Position numbers and translations under genes: made by a program
Shown: in pieces, positions 47,202 through 57,286 of the stretch
Layout: each line of letters starts with the position of its first letter
Position numbering within the stretch: the stretch's first letter is position 1
The notes under the pieces: generated by a model
The model's database searches: none
What the model was told of the DNA's origin: nothing
The model's input: only the letters and a program-made list of their open reading frames with translations
DNA from: Gammaproteobacteria bacterium
GTDB lineage: Bacteria; Pseudomonadota; Gammaproteobacteria; SZUA-229
Direction: 5' to 3'
Assembly (NCBI GenBank): GCA_013042055.1
Contig: JABDQW010000041.1
Span: forward strand, 1,540 to 65,539
Length of the DNA: 64,000 nt

Positions 47202-48329
47202 ATGAAAAAATCTTTAATTGCAACTGCCGTTGCTGCAGGTATGCTGGCTACCGGAGCCGCTCAAGCAGATCCTACAGTCTACGGTCTACTTCACTTAAGT
47301 ATCGATACCTTCAATGATGCGCACTACGCGGGTACGGGTGACGGTACGATCGTCAAACCAGACTCACCGGAAATGCGGAGCAACACCTCTGCGATCGGTG
47401 TGAAAGGCACTGAAGACCTCGGTGGCGCTCTGAAAGCGATCTACAAGGCTGAGTTCAAGATCGATCCGTTCGACGGTGGTCAGAGTATCCAGCGTCGTGA
47501 CATCTGGGTTGGTCTGAAAGGCGGCTGGGGTAAGCTCGCTGCTGGTACCATGAGCACCAACTACAAGCAGATGGGCGGTAAGATCGACCCCTTGTACCGT
47601 ACCGTTGCTGAAGCGCGTGGCATCCTCAACATGCAATCGGGTCTGCACGGCGGTGCCGGTACGGATGGCCAGGGTCGTCAGGAACAGACGCTGCAGTACA
47701 CCACGCCGAAGATGGCTGGTTTCGAACTCGTGCTGAACACGACGGTTTCAGCTGCTGATGCAGGTAACTGTGATCAGACTGCTGCCCTGGCAGCAGGCGC
47801 AGGCTGTGACGAAACCATCGGCGCCGGTATTCGCTGGTCGAACAAGAGCTTCCTGGTCTATCTTGACTACCTGGATCCGAATGCCGCCAGCACCGGTAAG
47901 ATCAACACTACCACCCTTACGTTCGACCAAGGCGGCAAAGACGAATCGGTCGCCAAGATCGGTGGTAAGTGGACCGGCAAAGCCTTCCAGGTGTCTGCCC
48001 AGTACGAAGCGACTGAAGACCAGCTTGGTGGTAACTACATGTTCGCCAACGGTCTGTGGAACATCAACAAGAACAATGTCGTGACACTGTCTGCTGGACA
48101 GCAGGAAGACATCTCGTCCGCATACGCACTGGCCTATGTCTACAAGATGAGCAAACTGTCCAATGTCTATATCGGTTACGGTTCTGTTGAGTCTGATACG
48201 TGCTTGACAGACGCTACGACTGGTGCAAGAACTTGCAGCTACTCAGGTACAGGTTACTTCGATGATGCCGGTACTAACGCTGCGGACAAAGGCTCTGTAG
48301 TCACTCTGGGTATCCGCAAGAGCTTCTGA
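47202..48329 (+). CDS. Outer-membrane general porin.
   Basis: Signal peptide ending AQA, beta-strand alternation, C-terminal aromatic residue (F). Long 5' UTR. Confidence 0.75.
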   Translation: MKKSLIATAVAAGMLATGAAQADPTVYGLLHLSIDTFNDAHYAGTGDGTIVKPDSPEMRSNTSAIGVKGTEDLGGALKAIYKAEFKIDPFDGGQSIQRRDIWVGLKGGWGKLAAGTMSTNYKQMGGKIDPLYRTVAEARGILNMQSGLHGGAGTDGQGRQEQTLQYTTPKMAGFELVLNTTVSAADAGNCDQTAALAAGAGCDETIGAGIRWSNKSFLVYLDYLDPNAASTGKINTTTLTFDQGGKDESVAKIGGKWTGKAFQVSAQYEATEDQLGGNYMFANGLWNINKNNVVTLSAGQQEDISSAYALAYVYKMSKLSNVYIGYGSVESDTCLTDATTGARTCSYSGTGYFDDAGTNAADKGSVVTLGIRKSF

Positions 48330-48373
48330 TTTATTGTTGATCTGAATGATCAATCAGTAATCAGGCTTGAAAG

Positions 48374-48402
48374 AACGGGATCTTCGGATCCCGTTTTTTT
48401 TA
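48374..48402 (+). terminator. Rho-independent terminator (ACGGGATC-TTCG-GATCCCGT plus T8).
   Basis: Perfect 8-bp stem, a tetraloop and a T-run. Confidence 0.65.
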
Positions 48403-48786
48403 TCTAAAAGCCGGGCAATGCTGCGTTTCTCACCGGTGGGGGAAATGTCACAAAGATGATTAATAACAAATATTAGCCGCGAAAAACGCAAAGGACGCAA
48501 ACTATTCAGAGCGTGAACGCATACTGTCGCCAAGCGAATCGGGCACATGTTGGACGAATGCTGTCACGTGCGGTTGGGAGCACCGAGCGCGACGAACTGG
48601 GTCTGCATGGACCAACTGCGGGGAACTGTTCGGTGTTTGCGACCGCAATACATTACACTTTCGCGTTATTTGCGTTTTTCGCGGCTAATGCAATATTTGA
48701 ATCCAGCATGCAATGTGTGGATTAGACAGGTACAATTTCCCTCCAAGATAATACGAGTCAATTCAAGCGAGTGAGAGGCGCACACT

Positions 48787-49449
48787 ATGACGCAGGATGA
48801 AATGAAGAAAAAAGCAGCCGAAGCTGCGCTCGAGTATGTGGTGACGGATTCCATCGTCGGTGTGGGTACCGGTTCCACCGTCAACTTCTTCATCGACCTG
48901 CTGGCGGAAATCAAGCACAAGATCGAAGGTGCGGTCTCCAGTTCCGAGGCCTCGACCGAACGCATGAAACAACACGGTATTCGTGTCTACGATCTCAATG
49001 CAGTCAACGAGCTACCCGTATACATCGATGGTGCTGACGAGTCGGATCACTATCTGAATCTGATCAAGGGTGGCGGTGGCGCACTGACACGTGAAAAAAT
49101 CATTGCCGGCGCCAGTGACAAGTTTGTCTGCATCGCCGATGAAAGCAAGTTGGTCGACGTCTTAGGCACATTCCCATTGCCGGTTGAAGTCATTCCGATG
49201 GCACGCAGCTTTATCGCGCGTGAATTGGTCAAGCTCGGTGGTCGACCGGTGTGGCGCGATAACTTCATCACCGATAATGGCAATATCATACTCGATGTGC
49301 ACGATTTTGAGATTCTGCAACCGATGAAAACAGAGGCCGAGATCAACAAATTACCTGGCGTGGTTACTGTTGGCATCTTTGCCAATCGCCCGGCGGATGT
49401 GTTAATCCTGGGTGCGCCTGATGGCGCGAAGACTGTGTATTCTAAATAG
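48787..49449 (+). CDS. rpiA: Ribose-5-phosphate isomerase A.
   Basis: [13 protein letters not shown] and [11 protein letters not shown] motifs. Confidence 0.9.
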   Translation: MTQDEMKKKAAEAALEYVVTDSIVGVGTGSTVNFFIDLLAEIKHKIEGAVSSSEASTERMKQHGIRVYDLNAVNELPVYIDGADESDHYLNLIKGGGGALTREKIIAGASDKFVCIADESKLVDVLGTFPLPVEVIPMARSFIARELVKLGGRPVWRDNFITDNGNIILDVHDFEILQPMKTEAEINKLPGVVTVGIFANRPADVLILGAPDGAKTVYSK

Positions 49450-49454
49450 GCAGG

Positions 49455-49505
49455 TGTTTTTTACGCAAAGGACGCAAAGGCGCGAACAACGCAAAGGTTT
49501 TTCTT
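49455..49505. repeat. CGCAAAGG-type short repeat (family 4) downstream of rpiA.
   Basis: ACGCAAAGGACGCAAAGGCGCGAACAACGCAAAGG. Confidence 0.4.
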
Positions 49506-49717
49506 ATTTGGTAGGCGCGGCTTGAGCCGCGATTGGCTGCTCGCGTTGATGTGTATCGAATTCGCGGCTGAAGCCGCTCCTACACCGATGTTGCAATCTT
49601 AGAAAACATCGATTGGAAGATTTTCCTCGCACCTTGTTACTCGTCCCTCGCCACTTTCATATCTGCTATAGTCCGATTATCACCGCGTGATCGCGCACCA
49701 CACTGCGATAGCAATGT

Positions 49718-51229
49718 ATGACGACCAAATACATCAAAAAGATTCTTGAGGCGCATGTGTACGATGTGGCTGAGGAAACGCCGCTGGATAACGCGCTCAA
49801 TCTGAGCAAGCGTCTGAACAATCGCGTGCTGATGAAGCGCGAAGATCTGCAAAGTGTGTTTTCATTTAAGTGTCGTGGCGCATACAATCGTATCTACCAG
49901 CTGCTGAAGCAGCAAAAGGTCGAGGGCGTAATTGCGGCGTCGGCCGGTAATCACGCACAGGGTGTCGCACTGGCTGCAACCCGGCTCGGAATCGATGCAA
50001 CCATCGTCATGCCTAAAACCACACCGGATATCAAGGTAAAGGCAGTCCAGGCCAGGGGCGGCAAAACGGTGCTGGTGGGAGATGCCTATGATGATGCTTA
50101 TCAACATGCGATCAAGCTTGCGGGACAGAAAAACCTCGAATTTATCCATCCCTACGACCATCCCGACACAATTGCTGGGCAGGGAACCATCGGCATGGAA
50201 ATCCTGCGCCAACATAATGACGGCATCCATGCCGTATTCGTACCTGTCGGTGGTGGCGGATTGATCGCTGGTGTCGGTGCCTATATCAAATACTTGCGAC
50301 CAAGCACCAAGATTATCGGCGTGGAGCCGGAAGATGCGGCGAGCATGGCCGAAGCCTTGCGTATGAAACGACGCGTGGTACTCGACAGTGTCGGTCTGTT
50401 TGCCGATGGTGTTGCAGTCAAACAAGTGGGGAGTGAAACATTTCGCATTGCCAGGCAGTGCGTCGATGATGTCGTCTGTGTTTCAACCGACGAGATCTGT
50501 GCTGCGATCAAAGATATTTTTGACGACACGCGTACGATCATGGAACCAGCCGGTGCACTGGCTGTAGCAGGGATGAAGAAATATGTCGAAGAAGCCGAAA
50601 TCGTCGATCAAACCTTGGTTGTGATCAACAGTGGCGCCAATATGAATTTCGACCGTCTGCGGCATGTTTCTGAGCGAGCCGAACTCGGTGAGCAGCGCGA
50701 AGCCTTGCTCGCAGCTACGATTCCGGAGCGGCCAGGCAGCTTTAGAACTTTTTGTAAAACCATAGGTAAGCGCGGCATCACTGAGTTCAATTATCGTTAC
50801 TCTGATACCGATGATGCTCAGATTTTCGCTGGCGTGAAGCTGGTCAAAGGCATGGTGGAAAAGGAGGAGTTGATCGACAAGTTGCAGGCAGCCGGTTATC
50901 CGGTTGTTGATATGACCGATAATGAAATGGCTAAGAATCATGTCCGCTATATGGTCGGCGGTCGTTTCCCCGATGTCAGTAATGAAGTGCTGTATCGTTT
51001 TGAGTTTCCAGAAAGGCCGGGCGCACTGCTGGATTTTCTAACCCGCATCGGTAAGCGCTGGAATATCAGTCTGTTTCATTATCGAAATCACGGTGCAGCC
51101 TACGGTCGCGTACTCGTCGGCTTGCAGACACCTGATGAGCAACGCCAGGAGTTGGTAAGTTATCTGGATAAGTTGGGATATCGCTATTGGGAGGAAACGG
51201 ATAATCCGGCATACAGGATTTTTCTTTAG
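49718..51229 (+). CDS. ilvA: Biosynthetic threonine dehydratase with tandem C-terminal ACT-like regulatory domains.
   Basis: PLP-site FSFKCRGA, GGGGL, about 503 aa. Confidence 0.9.
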   Translation: MTTKYIKKILEAHVYDVAEETPLDNALNLSKRLNNRVLMKREDLQSVFSFKCRGAYNRIYQLLKQQKVEGVIAASAGNHAQGVALAATRLGIDATIVMPKTTPDIKVKAVQARGGKTVLVGDAYDDAYQHAIKLAGQKNLEFIHPYDHPDTIAGQGTIGMEILRQHNDGIHAVFVPVGGGGLIAGVGAYIKYLRPSTKIIGVEPEDAASMAEALRMKRRVVLDSVGLFADGVAVKQVGSETFRIARQCVDDVVCVSTDEICAAIKDIFDDTRTIMEPAGALAVAGMKKYVEEAEIVDQTLVVINSGANMNFDRLRHVSERAELGEQREALLAATIPERPGSFRTFCKTIGKRGITEFNYRYSDTDDAQIFAGVKLVKGMVEKEELIDKLQAAGYPVVDMTDNEMAKNHVRYMVGGRFPDVSNEVLYRFEFPERPGALLDFLTRIGKRWNISLFHYRNHGAAYGRVLVGLQTPDEQRQELVSYLDKLGYRYWEETDNPAYRIFL

Positions 51230-51261
51230 CCCCCTGATTACTGAATGGGGATAGGAGGCCG

Positions 51262-51345
51262 CGAAAAACGCCAATAACGCAAAAGGGCCTTTGTTTTTGT
51301 GGTTTTCTGTTTGCGTGCTTTGCGTTATTTGCGGACGTGTTTGCC
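51262..51345. repeat. Family 4 palindromic element (about 85 bp) between the convergent ilvA and ygfA genes.
   Basis: CGCGAAAAACGCCAATAACGCAAAAGGGCCTTTGTTTTTG...TTTGCGTTATTTGCGGACG. Inverted copy at 62581..62686. Confidence 0.55.
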
Positions 51346-51346
51346 A

Positions 51347-51937
51347 TCATCGCGAAGTTCTGATGACGCGTTGTTCGGTTGCGATCATGTCCAATGGTAT
51401 ATCCCAGCTGTTCATTGTCAGTTCATCTTCGCGTTGAAGCTCGTGTGCAAGACCGATCAGCGTTGGCTTGGAATGTGTTCGAGAACGTCTGTAGGCCAGC
51501 GAACGGTCATAGAAGCCGCCACCCATGCCAAGACGGTTCCCGTTTTCGTCGAAGGCGACCAGCGGTAATAGCATCAAATCGAGCTGCCAGGCGCAGATCC
51601 AATGCAGTGGCCTGCAAGCTGGCTCGTGAATACCAAAACGGTTGATGGTCATGTCCATGCCCGCTGAGTAGGGCGCGAAGTAAAGCTTGCTTTGAAACGG
51701 TGAAAGAACAGGCAGGTACACTTGTTTGCGTAATTTCCATGCCGTTTTTACAATGTCTTCCGGATCAATCTCACCGTCATTGGCAAGGTAACAGGCGATG
51801 CGATTACTGCGCAGAAAGGCGGTCTGACGACAGACCTGCGTACCAAGAGTCGCCGCGTGGTTGGATTGTTGAAGCGCTGTGAGTTGTTTACGACGTTGGC
51901 GGTTACGATGCCGAATCAGGCTGTTGTTTGAGGGCAT
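51347..51937 (-). CDS. ygfA: 5-formyltetrahydrofolate cyclo-ligase.
   Basis: Aligns by eye to E. coli YgfA (LGMGGGFYDR). It lies downstream of 6S RNA as in E. coli. Confidence 0.8.
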   Translation of the reverse strand: MPSNNSLIRHRNRQRRKQLTALQQSNHAATLGTQVCRQTAFLRSNRIACYLANDGEIDPEDIVKTAWKLRKQVYLPVLSPFQSKLYFAPYSAGMDMTINRFGIHEPACRPLHWICAWQLDLMLLPLVAFDENGNRLGMGGGFYDRSLAYRRSRTHSKPTLIGLAHELQREDELTMNSWDIPLDMIATEQRVIRTSR

Positions 51938-51964
51938 AGCAGCGAAATGAATAGAAGGTGCCTC

Positions 51965-52152
51965 CAAAAGTGCCGTAGCAACTACTGCTAACCTTGAACC
52001 AGAGGTTCAGGTGGGGACAGCGATCATACCTCAGGCTTCCCGCTCATGGCGGTATTGCACATAGTATAACCAGCGCGACTCCCCTGGTTAGTAGTTAAGG
52101 CTCAAGGGTTTTTCAGTTTGCTTACGCACACCCTAGAGACACCCAAACCTAA
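51965..52152 (-). ncRNA. ssrS: 6S RNA.
   Basis: The reverse complement contains UCUCUAGGGUGUGCGUAAGC...CCCUUGAGCC...CACCUGAACCUCUGGUUCAAGG, matching E. coli 6S blocks UCUCUGAGAUGUUCGCAAGC / CCCCUGAGCC / CACCUUGAACCAAGGGUUCAAGG. It sits between zapA and ygfA. The ends are approximate. Confidence 0.65.
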
Positions 52153-52198
52153 TTCTTGCGGAGGGCTGAAACGGTCATCAGCACTCCTCCTTGATACT

Positions 52199-52501
52199 TT
52201 ATGATAACTTAATTTCTCGTATGCTGCTGTCAATTTTTTCTGATAGAGAGTCTATGCGATCATTGAGTTCAGAGTGTTCGGCTTGCATTGCTCTACCGTT
52301 TAGCAACTCGTGGCAAAGATTGAGCGCTGTTATGATCGCGATTCGCTCGGTACCGATAACAGAGCCTTTATTTTTGATTTCATTGAGTTTTCTATTTAGT
52401 TCTTCAGCTGAAGCGCGCAGGCTGTCCTGTTCTCCAGCGGGGCATGCGATCCGGTATTCTTTGTCAAGAATAGTGATGCTGAGGGATTCCTGATTTTTCA
52501 T
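52199..52501 (-). CDS. zapA: Cell division protein ZapA.
   Basis: 100 aa, aligns to E. coli ZapA, canonical position upstream of ssrS. Confidence 0.8.
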   Translation of the reverse strand: MKNQESLSITILDKEYRIACPAGEQDSLRASAEELNRKLNEIKNKGSVIGTERIAIITALNLCHELLNGRAMQAEHSELNDRIDSLSEKIDSSIREIKLS

Positions 52502-52531
52502 CGGCGGACTTGCTCAATTACTGGATGACTA

Positions 52532-52744
52532 TCATGCAGATTCCATGGAGCGCAGACGAGTAATCATGGCCTCGACTTGTGATCTGACCTGCTCCTTCTG
52601 TTCAAGCAAGGTCGCGCGTTCGCCAGATAGAGCCTGCATTTGCGCGCGCAGATCGATGTTATCTTTTCCTAAACGTTTGCAGATATCAAGTAGTTGGTTG
52701 ACTTGCTCTTCGAGACGCTGGATTCTTGCGGTGGTATCGTTCAT
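52532..52744 (-). CDS. Small coiled-coil protein upstream of zapA (ZapB-like/TIGR02449-like).
   Basis: 70-aa heptad-repeat protein. Its position matches the Pseudomonas arrangement. Confidence 0.5.
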   Translation of the reverse strand: MNDTTARIQRLEEQVNQLLDICKRLGKDNIDLRAQMQALSGERATLLEQKEQVRSQVEAMITRLRSMESA

Positions 52745-52894
52745 AGCTTTTTCTAATTGTTATCGGGGTGGTGCCGGTCGCTGGATTAAATAAATCGCAT
52801 AAGCATCCGCTGGATGCAAACACATCAGTCCTAATACTAGGACGACAACGCCCTTGGGTCAAATGAAACTGCCTGTTGCTTTTACTGACTAAGC

Positions 52895-52916
52895 TAGGGC
52901 CTGTTAACAGGCCCTA
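52895..52916. repeat. Perfect 22-bp palindrome TAGGGCCTGTTAACAGGCCCTA, upstream of ygfB.
   Basis: An identical copy at 53512..53533 immediately follows ygfB, and its TAG is the ygfB stop. Confidence 0.6.
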
Positions 52917-52943
52917 CGATAACTGTCGTGATAGAATCAGTGT

Positions 52944-53513
52944 ATGCATCAGTTGCCGGAAATCGCCGCCGTAGAAGAATTGCTTTACAGAATTGACGCC
53001 AACATGGGCGCTGCAGAGGCCCATGGAGCGCTCTGTGGTATGCTTTGTGCCCGCGGGACTGTCGAACTGTCTGAATGGGTCGATCACGTCATTGGAGAGC
53101 AGGATCACGGTGGCCGATTGTTACACGATGTCGTTCATGAGTTGTCGGAACTGCATCAATCGACGCTTGAAATGATAAATGATGCAGGCGGTGAATTCAG
53201 GCTGTTGTTACTCGATGACGATGATGCCTTGGCGGAGCGAGTGGAGACACTGGCGGCGTGGTGTCAGGGGTTTATTTATGGGCTCGCAGCGGGTGGTATC
53301 CGACAGAACAGTGAGTTGCCCGATGATGCAGCGGAACTGTTGAAGGATATGGTCGAAATTTCCCGTGCTAGTCATGAGGTGGATAATATGGCGGTAGAGA
53401 TCGAGGAAGAGGACGAAGTTGCTTATATGGAAATCGAGGAATATGTGCGTATGGGTACACTGCTGATCTATGAGGAACTACAGCCACTACAGTCGACTCA
53501 AACGATCCATTAG
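52944..53513 (+). CDS. ygfB: UPF0149-family protein YgfB.
   Basis: YgfB-like sequence. Conserved position upstream of pepP. Confidence 0.75.
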   Translation: MHQLPEIAAVEELLYRIDANMGAAEAHGALCGMLCARGTVELSEWVDHVIGEQDHGGRLLHDVVHELSELHQSTLEMINDAGGEFRLLLLDDDDALAERVETLAAWCQGFIYGLAAGGIRQNSELPDDAAELLKDMVEISRASHEVDNMAVEIEEEDEVAYMEIEEYVRMGTLLIYEELQPLQSTQTIH

Positions 53514-53533
53514 GGCCTGTTAACAGGCCCTAG
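53512..53533. repeat. Second copy of the 22-bp palindrome TAGGGCCTGTTAACAGGCCCTA.
   Basis: Identical to 52895..52916. Confidence 0.6.
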
Positions 53534-53558
53534 GGTAAACGAGCAAGAATCAAGATTA

Positions 53559-54860
53559 ATGAACATCAAGATTTACGCACAGCACCGTCGGCAATTAATG
53601 CGCATGATGGGTGAAAACTCTATTGCCGTATTACCAGCGGCCCCGGTTCTTTTGCGTAACCGAGATGTCGAACATGGCTTTCGCCAAGACAGTGACTTTT
53701 ATTATTTGAGCGGGTTTCCAGAGCCGGAGTCAGTCATCGTGCTCGTGCCTGGCCGTAAGCAGGGGCAGTTTATTCTGTTCGTGCGGGACCGAGACAAGAA
53801 AAAAGAAACTTGGGATGGCAGGCGTTACGGCCCGGAGGGCGCAGTCGAGCAGTTCGGTGCGGATCAGGCTTATCCGATCACCGATCTCGAAGACATCCTT
53901 CCCGGTCTGATGGAGCATTGCGAAAGCGTGTATTACACCATCGGGCTGAATCCCGAGTTCGACAAACATGTGATGAACTGTGTCAATAATCTGCGCAGCA
54001 AGGCACGCGGGGGTACGCATGTGCCTTACGAGTTCGTATCGCTTGATTACCTGTTGCATGATATGCGTCTGTACAAACACCGCGATGAACTTCGGTTGAT
54101 GCGTAAGGCGGCAAAGATATCGGTACAGGCGCACATAGACGCGATGCAAGCTTGCGAGCCTGGAGTGTACGAATACCAGCTCGAAGCAGAGTTATTATAT
54201 CGCTTTAATCGACAGGGTGCCGGTTGGGCCTATCAGTCGATTGTTGGCGGTGGCGCCAACAGCTGCATTCTGCACTACACCGAAAACAACCAGATTTTGA
54301 ATGATGGGGACATGGTGTTGATCGATGCGGGTGCTGAATACAAGGGATATGCCGCAGATATCACGCGCACCTTTCCAGTAAATGGCCGTTTTACTGATGC
54401 GCAACGGGAAATCTATGAGCTGGTGTTGGAATCTCAGCAGGCAGCCATGAAGAAGATCAAGCCCGGTAATCACTGGAACGATCCGCATGAAGCTGCGGTG
54501 CGTGTGTTGACCAAGGGCATGGTCGAACTGGGATTGTTGAAGGGTAGTATAAGGAATCTGATCAAAGAGGAGCAGTACAGCAAGTTCTATATGCACAGGA
54601 CAGGGCACTGGTTAGGCATGGATGTCCACGATGTGGGTGATTACAAGGTTGATGATGAGTGGCGTTTGCTGGAGCAGGGCATGGTGCTGACAGTGGAGCC
54701 TGGTTTGTATATTCCTGCCGGGAGACGTGGTGTCAAGCGCTGGTGGAACATCGGCGTGCGTATCGAGGATGATGTGGCGGTAACAAGGGATGGGCATGAA
54801 ATGCTCTCGGCAGGATTACCCAGAACCAGTGATGAGATCGAGGCGGTTATGGCGGGCTGA
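53559..54860 (+). CDS. pepP: Xaa-Pro aminopeptidase.
   Basis: M24B motifs (HGTGHWLGMDVHD, metal ligands D/D/H/E/E). Confidence 0.9.
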   Translation: MNIKIYAQHRRQLMRMMGENSIAVLPAAPVLLRNRDVEHGFRQDSDFYYLSGFPEPESVIVLVPGRKQGQFILFVRDRDKKKETWDGRRYGPEGAVEQFGADQAYPITDLEDILPGLMEHCESVYYTIGLNPEFDKHVMNCVNNLRSKARGGTHVPYEFVSLDYLLHDMRLYKHRDELRLMRKAAKISVQAHIDAMQACEPGVYEYQLEAELLYRFNRQGAGWAYQSIVGGGANSCILHYTENNQILNDGDMVLIDAGAEYKGYAADITRTFPVNGRFTDAQREIYELVLESQQAAMKKIKPGNHWNDPHEAAVRVLTKGMVELGLLKGSIRNLIKEEQYSKFYMHRTGHWLGMDVHDVGDYKVDDEWRLLEQGMVLTVEPGLYIPAGRRGVKRWWNIGVRIEDDVAVTRDGHEMLSAGLPRTSDEIEAVMAG

Positions 54861-54879
54861 GCGCTATGACTGAAAAAAC

Positions 54880-56106
54880 GTGAATGTGAGTGAGTCAGCG
54901 ATAGATTGTGATGTGTTGATCATAGGCGGCGGGCTGGTCGGCGCCAGTTTGGCGTGCGCTCTAGAGGACAGCGGGCTCTCCATCCGAGTTGTCGAGGCCG
55001 TTCCGCTACAGTCCCAGGTACAACCCAGTTATGATGACAGAACAGTCGCCTTGTCGTGGGGAAGCCGCTGTATTTTTGAGGGCATGGGGATTTGGGCGAT
55101 CCTTGCCGATCGCGCGGAAGCAATCACCACGATTCACATTTCTGATAAGGGCCATTTCGGTGCGACACGGTTACGCAACGAAGAAGAGCAGGTCGAGGCG
55201 TTGGGATATGTCGTAGAAAACCGCGTGCTTGGTGAAGCCTTATACCAGCGTTTGCAACAAAATAGCAGGCTCAGGCTCCATTGTCCTGCGCGTTTAGTCA
55301 GAATTGACCAACAAGGCGATGCAGTAGTCGCCATTGTCGACGAGAACCAAACCCAGCAGGCATTCCGTGCGCGACTGATGGTGGCAGCGGACGGCGTGAT
55401 TTCACAGGTGCGTGACATGCTGCATATCGGTAGCAGCGTACAGGATTATGGCCAGAGCGCGGTAATTGCCAATGTTACGCCTGGTATCAAGCATAATAAT
55501 ACCGCCTATGAGCGTTTTACCGATGCGGGCCCAATTGCGCTCCTTCCGATGACACAAAACCGATGTTCGCTTGTCTGGACCGTACCGACTGCTCAGGCTG
55601 CGGAACTGATGCAGATGAATGATGCGGATTTTCTACTGCTGCTTCAACAACGTTTCGGTTTTCGTCTTGGGCAATTACGCAGAGTCGGTAGCCGCCATGT
55701 CTACCCGCTGAAGCTGATTGAAACGACCCAAATCGTGCGCAATCGCGTAGTGATTGTCGGTAATGCCGCACATGCTGTTCATCCGGTTGCAGGGCAGGGT
55801 TTCAATCTCGCTCTCAGGGACATCGCTATTCTTTCCGAGCTGGTAGCAGCATCACCAGATGTGGGTGACAGCAGGTTGCTGCAGACTTACGTTGAACAAC
55901 GGCAGCATGACGCTAGACGCGTTTATCGGTTTACCGATAGTTTGATAAAAATATTCTCCAACAACTATGCACCACTGGGCCATCTCAGAGCCGCGGGTCT
56001 GGTCGCGGTCGGATTGATACCACCCCTGCGTCATCAGCTGGCACGTATGAGCATGGGGCTCAGTGGTCGTTCATCTGAAATGGGTCGCAGGGCCGGGCGT
56101 GTCTGA
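54880..56106 (+). CDS. ubiH: 2-octaprenyl-6-methoxyphenol hydroxylase (flavin monooxygenase).
   Basis: GGGLVGASLA FAD motif and a GNAAH...G.G.N DG-like site. In ygfB-pepP-ubiH-ubiI synteny. Confidence 0.85.
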   Translation: MNVSESAIDCDVLIIGGGLVGASLACALEDSGLSIRVVEAVPLQSQVQPSYDDRTVALSWGSRCIFEGMGIWAILADRAEAITTIHISDKGHFGATRLRNEEEQVEALGYVVENRVLGEALYQRLQQNSRLRLHCPARLVRIDQQGDAVVAIVDENQTQQAFRARLMVAADGVISQVRDMLHIGSSVQDYGQSAVIANVTPGIKHNNTAYERFTDAGPIALLPMTQNRCSLVWTVPTAQAAELMQMNDADFLLLLQQRFGFRLGQLRRVGSRHVYPLKLIETTQIVRNRVVIVGNAAHAVHPVAGQGFNLALRDIAILSELVAASPDVGDSRLLQTYVEQRQHDARRVYRFTDSLIKIFSNNYAPLGHLRAAGLVAVGLIPPLRHQLARMSMGLSGRSSEMGRRAGRV

Positions 56107-57286
56107 ATCAGATATCAGACACTACGATGTCGTTATCGCCGGGGGCGGCATCACGGGTTTGACGCTGGCCGCGGCCCTGCGCGACACAAGCTTGCGCATC
56201 GCGATCATCGATCAAAATCAACCTGTCGCTGTTAGCGATGAATACTCGTTGCGTGTTTCCGCGATTAACCACGCTGCCTTGCGGCTGTTCGATGAGGTTG
56301 GCGCCTTTGAAGGTATGGTTAAGCTGCGTGTTTCCCCGTTTCGCGAAATGCACGTCTGGGATTCGACTGGGGTCGGGCAAATACATTTCGATTCGGCGGA
56401 GCTTGGATTGGATACGCTCGGCTACATTATAGAAAATAATGTCATCCAACACGCATTGCTGGCCGTGATTGAACAGGCTGATACCATCGATTGGCTGTGT
56501 CCTGCCAAAATCGCATCGCTTGAATTGAATCACAGTCTGAAGCGAGTCGACTTGGACGGTGGAAAAAGCTTAACGGCGCATTTGGTGGTGGGTGCTGACG
56601 GTGCGAACTCGCTCGTGCGCCAAGCGATGTGCATCGTACTGCTGCGCAGACCTTATAAACAACAGGCTATTGTTTGCACCGTCGCTACAGAATATGATCA
56701 TCAGCAAACAGCATGGCAGTGTTTCTTACCCACCGGTCCGTTGGCGTTGTTGCCGCTTCAAAATGGCCAGTGTTCTGTAGTCTGGTCATTGGATCAAGCT
56801 GAAGCTGAGACCATTTTGGCGCTTGATAATGCGGCCTTCGCAGCCAGGCTCGAACAGGCGTTCGAGTACCGTTTGGGTTCAGTAAAAGCCGTGTCCTCAA
56901 GAGCGATGTTCCCGCTGGGACATGGCCATGTTGATCGTTACGTACAACCGGGTCTGGCCTTGCTCGGGGACGCGGCGCACACAATTCATCCGCTCGCCGG
57001 GCAAGGCGCTAACCTGGGTATTAGTGATGCGGCGTGCTTGGCTAAGGTGATCAGCGAAGCCCTGCAGGCGCGCCGACGTTGGAGTGCGCTGTACACGCTG
57101 CGAAAGTATGAGCGCAGCCGCAAAGGCGCCAATCAACTGATGGAGGCATCCATGACCACTTTCAAGTATCTGTTCGGTAATGACAACCCGTTTTTGGCGG
57201 AATTGCGCAACGCCGGTTTGAATCTGGTTGACCATGCCGCACCAGTCAAGCAGATCTTGATCAAACGGGCATTAGGAGGGATCTAG
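56099..57286 (+). CDS. ubiI: 2-octaprenylphenol hydroxylase UbiI/VisC.
   Basis: GGGITGLTLA, GDAAH. Probably a GTG start overlapping the ubiH stop; the track extends to 56063. The stop TAG is a MITE family 1 terminus fragment. Confidence 0.8.
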   Translation: MSESDIRHYDVVIAGGGITGLTLAAALRDTSLRIAIIDQNQPVAVSDEYSLRVSAINHAALRLFDEVGAFEGMVKLRVSPFREMHVWDSTGVGQIHFDSAELGLDTLGYIIENNVIQHALLAVIEQADTIDWLCPAKIASLELNHSLKRVDLDGGKSLTAHLVVGADGANSLVRQAMCIVLLRRPYKQQAIVCTVATEYDHQQTAWQCFLPTGPLALLPLQNGQCSVVWSLDQAEAETILALDNAAFAARLEQAFEYRLGSVKAVSSRAMFPLGHGHVDRYVQPGLALLGDAAHTIHPLAGQGANLGISDAACLAKVISEALQARRRWSALYTLRKYERSRKGANQLMEASMTTFKYLFGNDNPFLAELRNAGLNLVDHAAPVKQILIKRALGGI

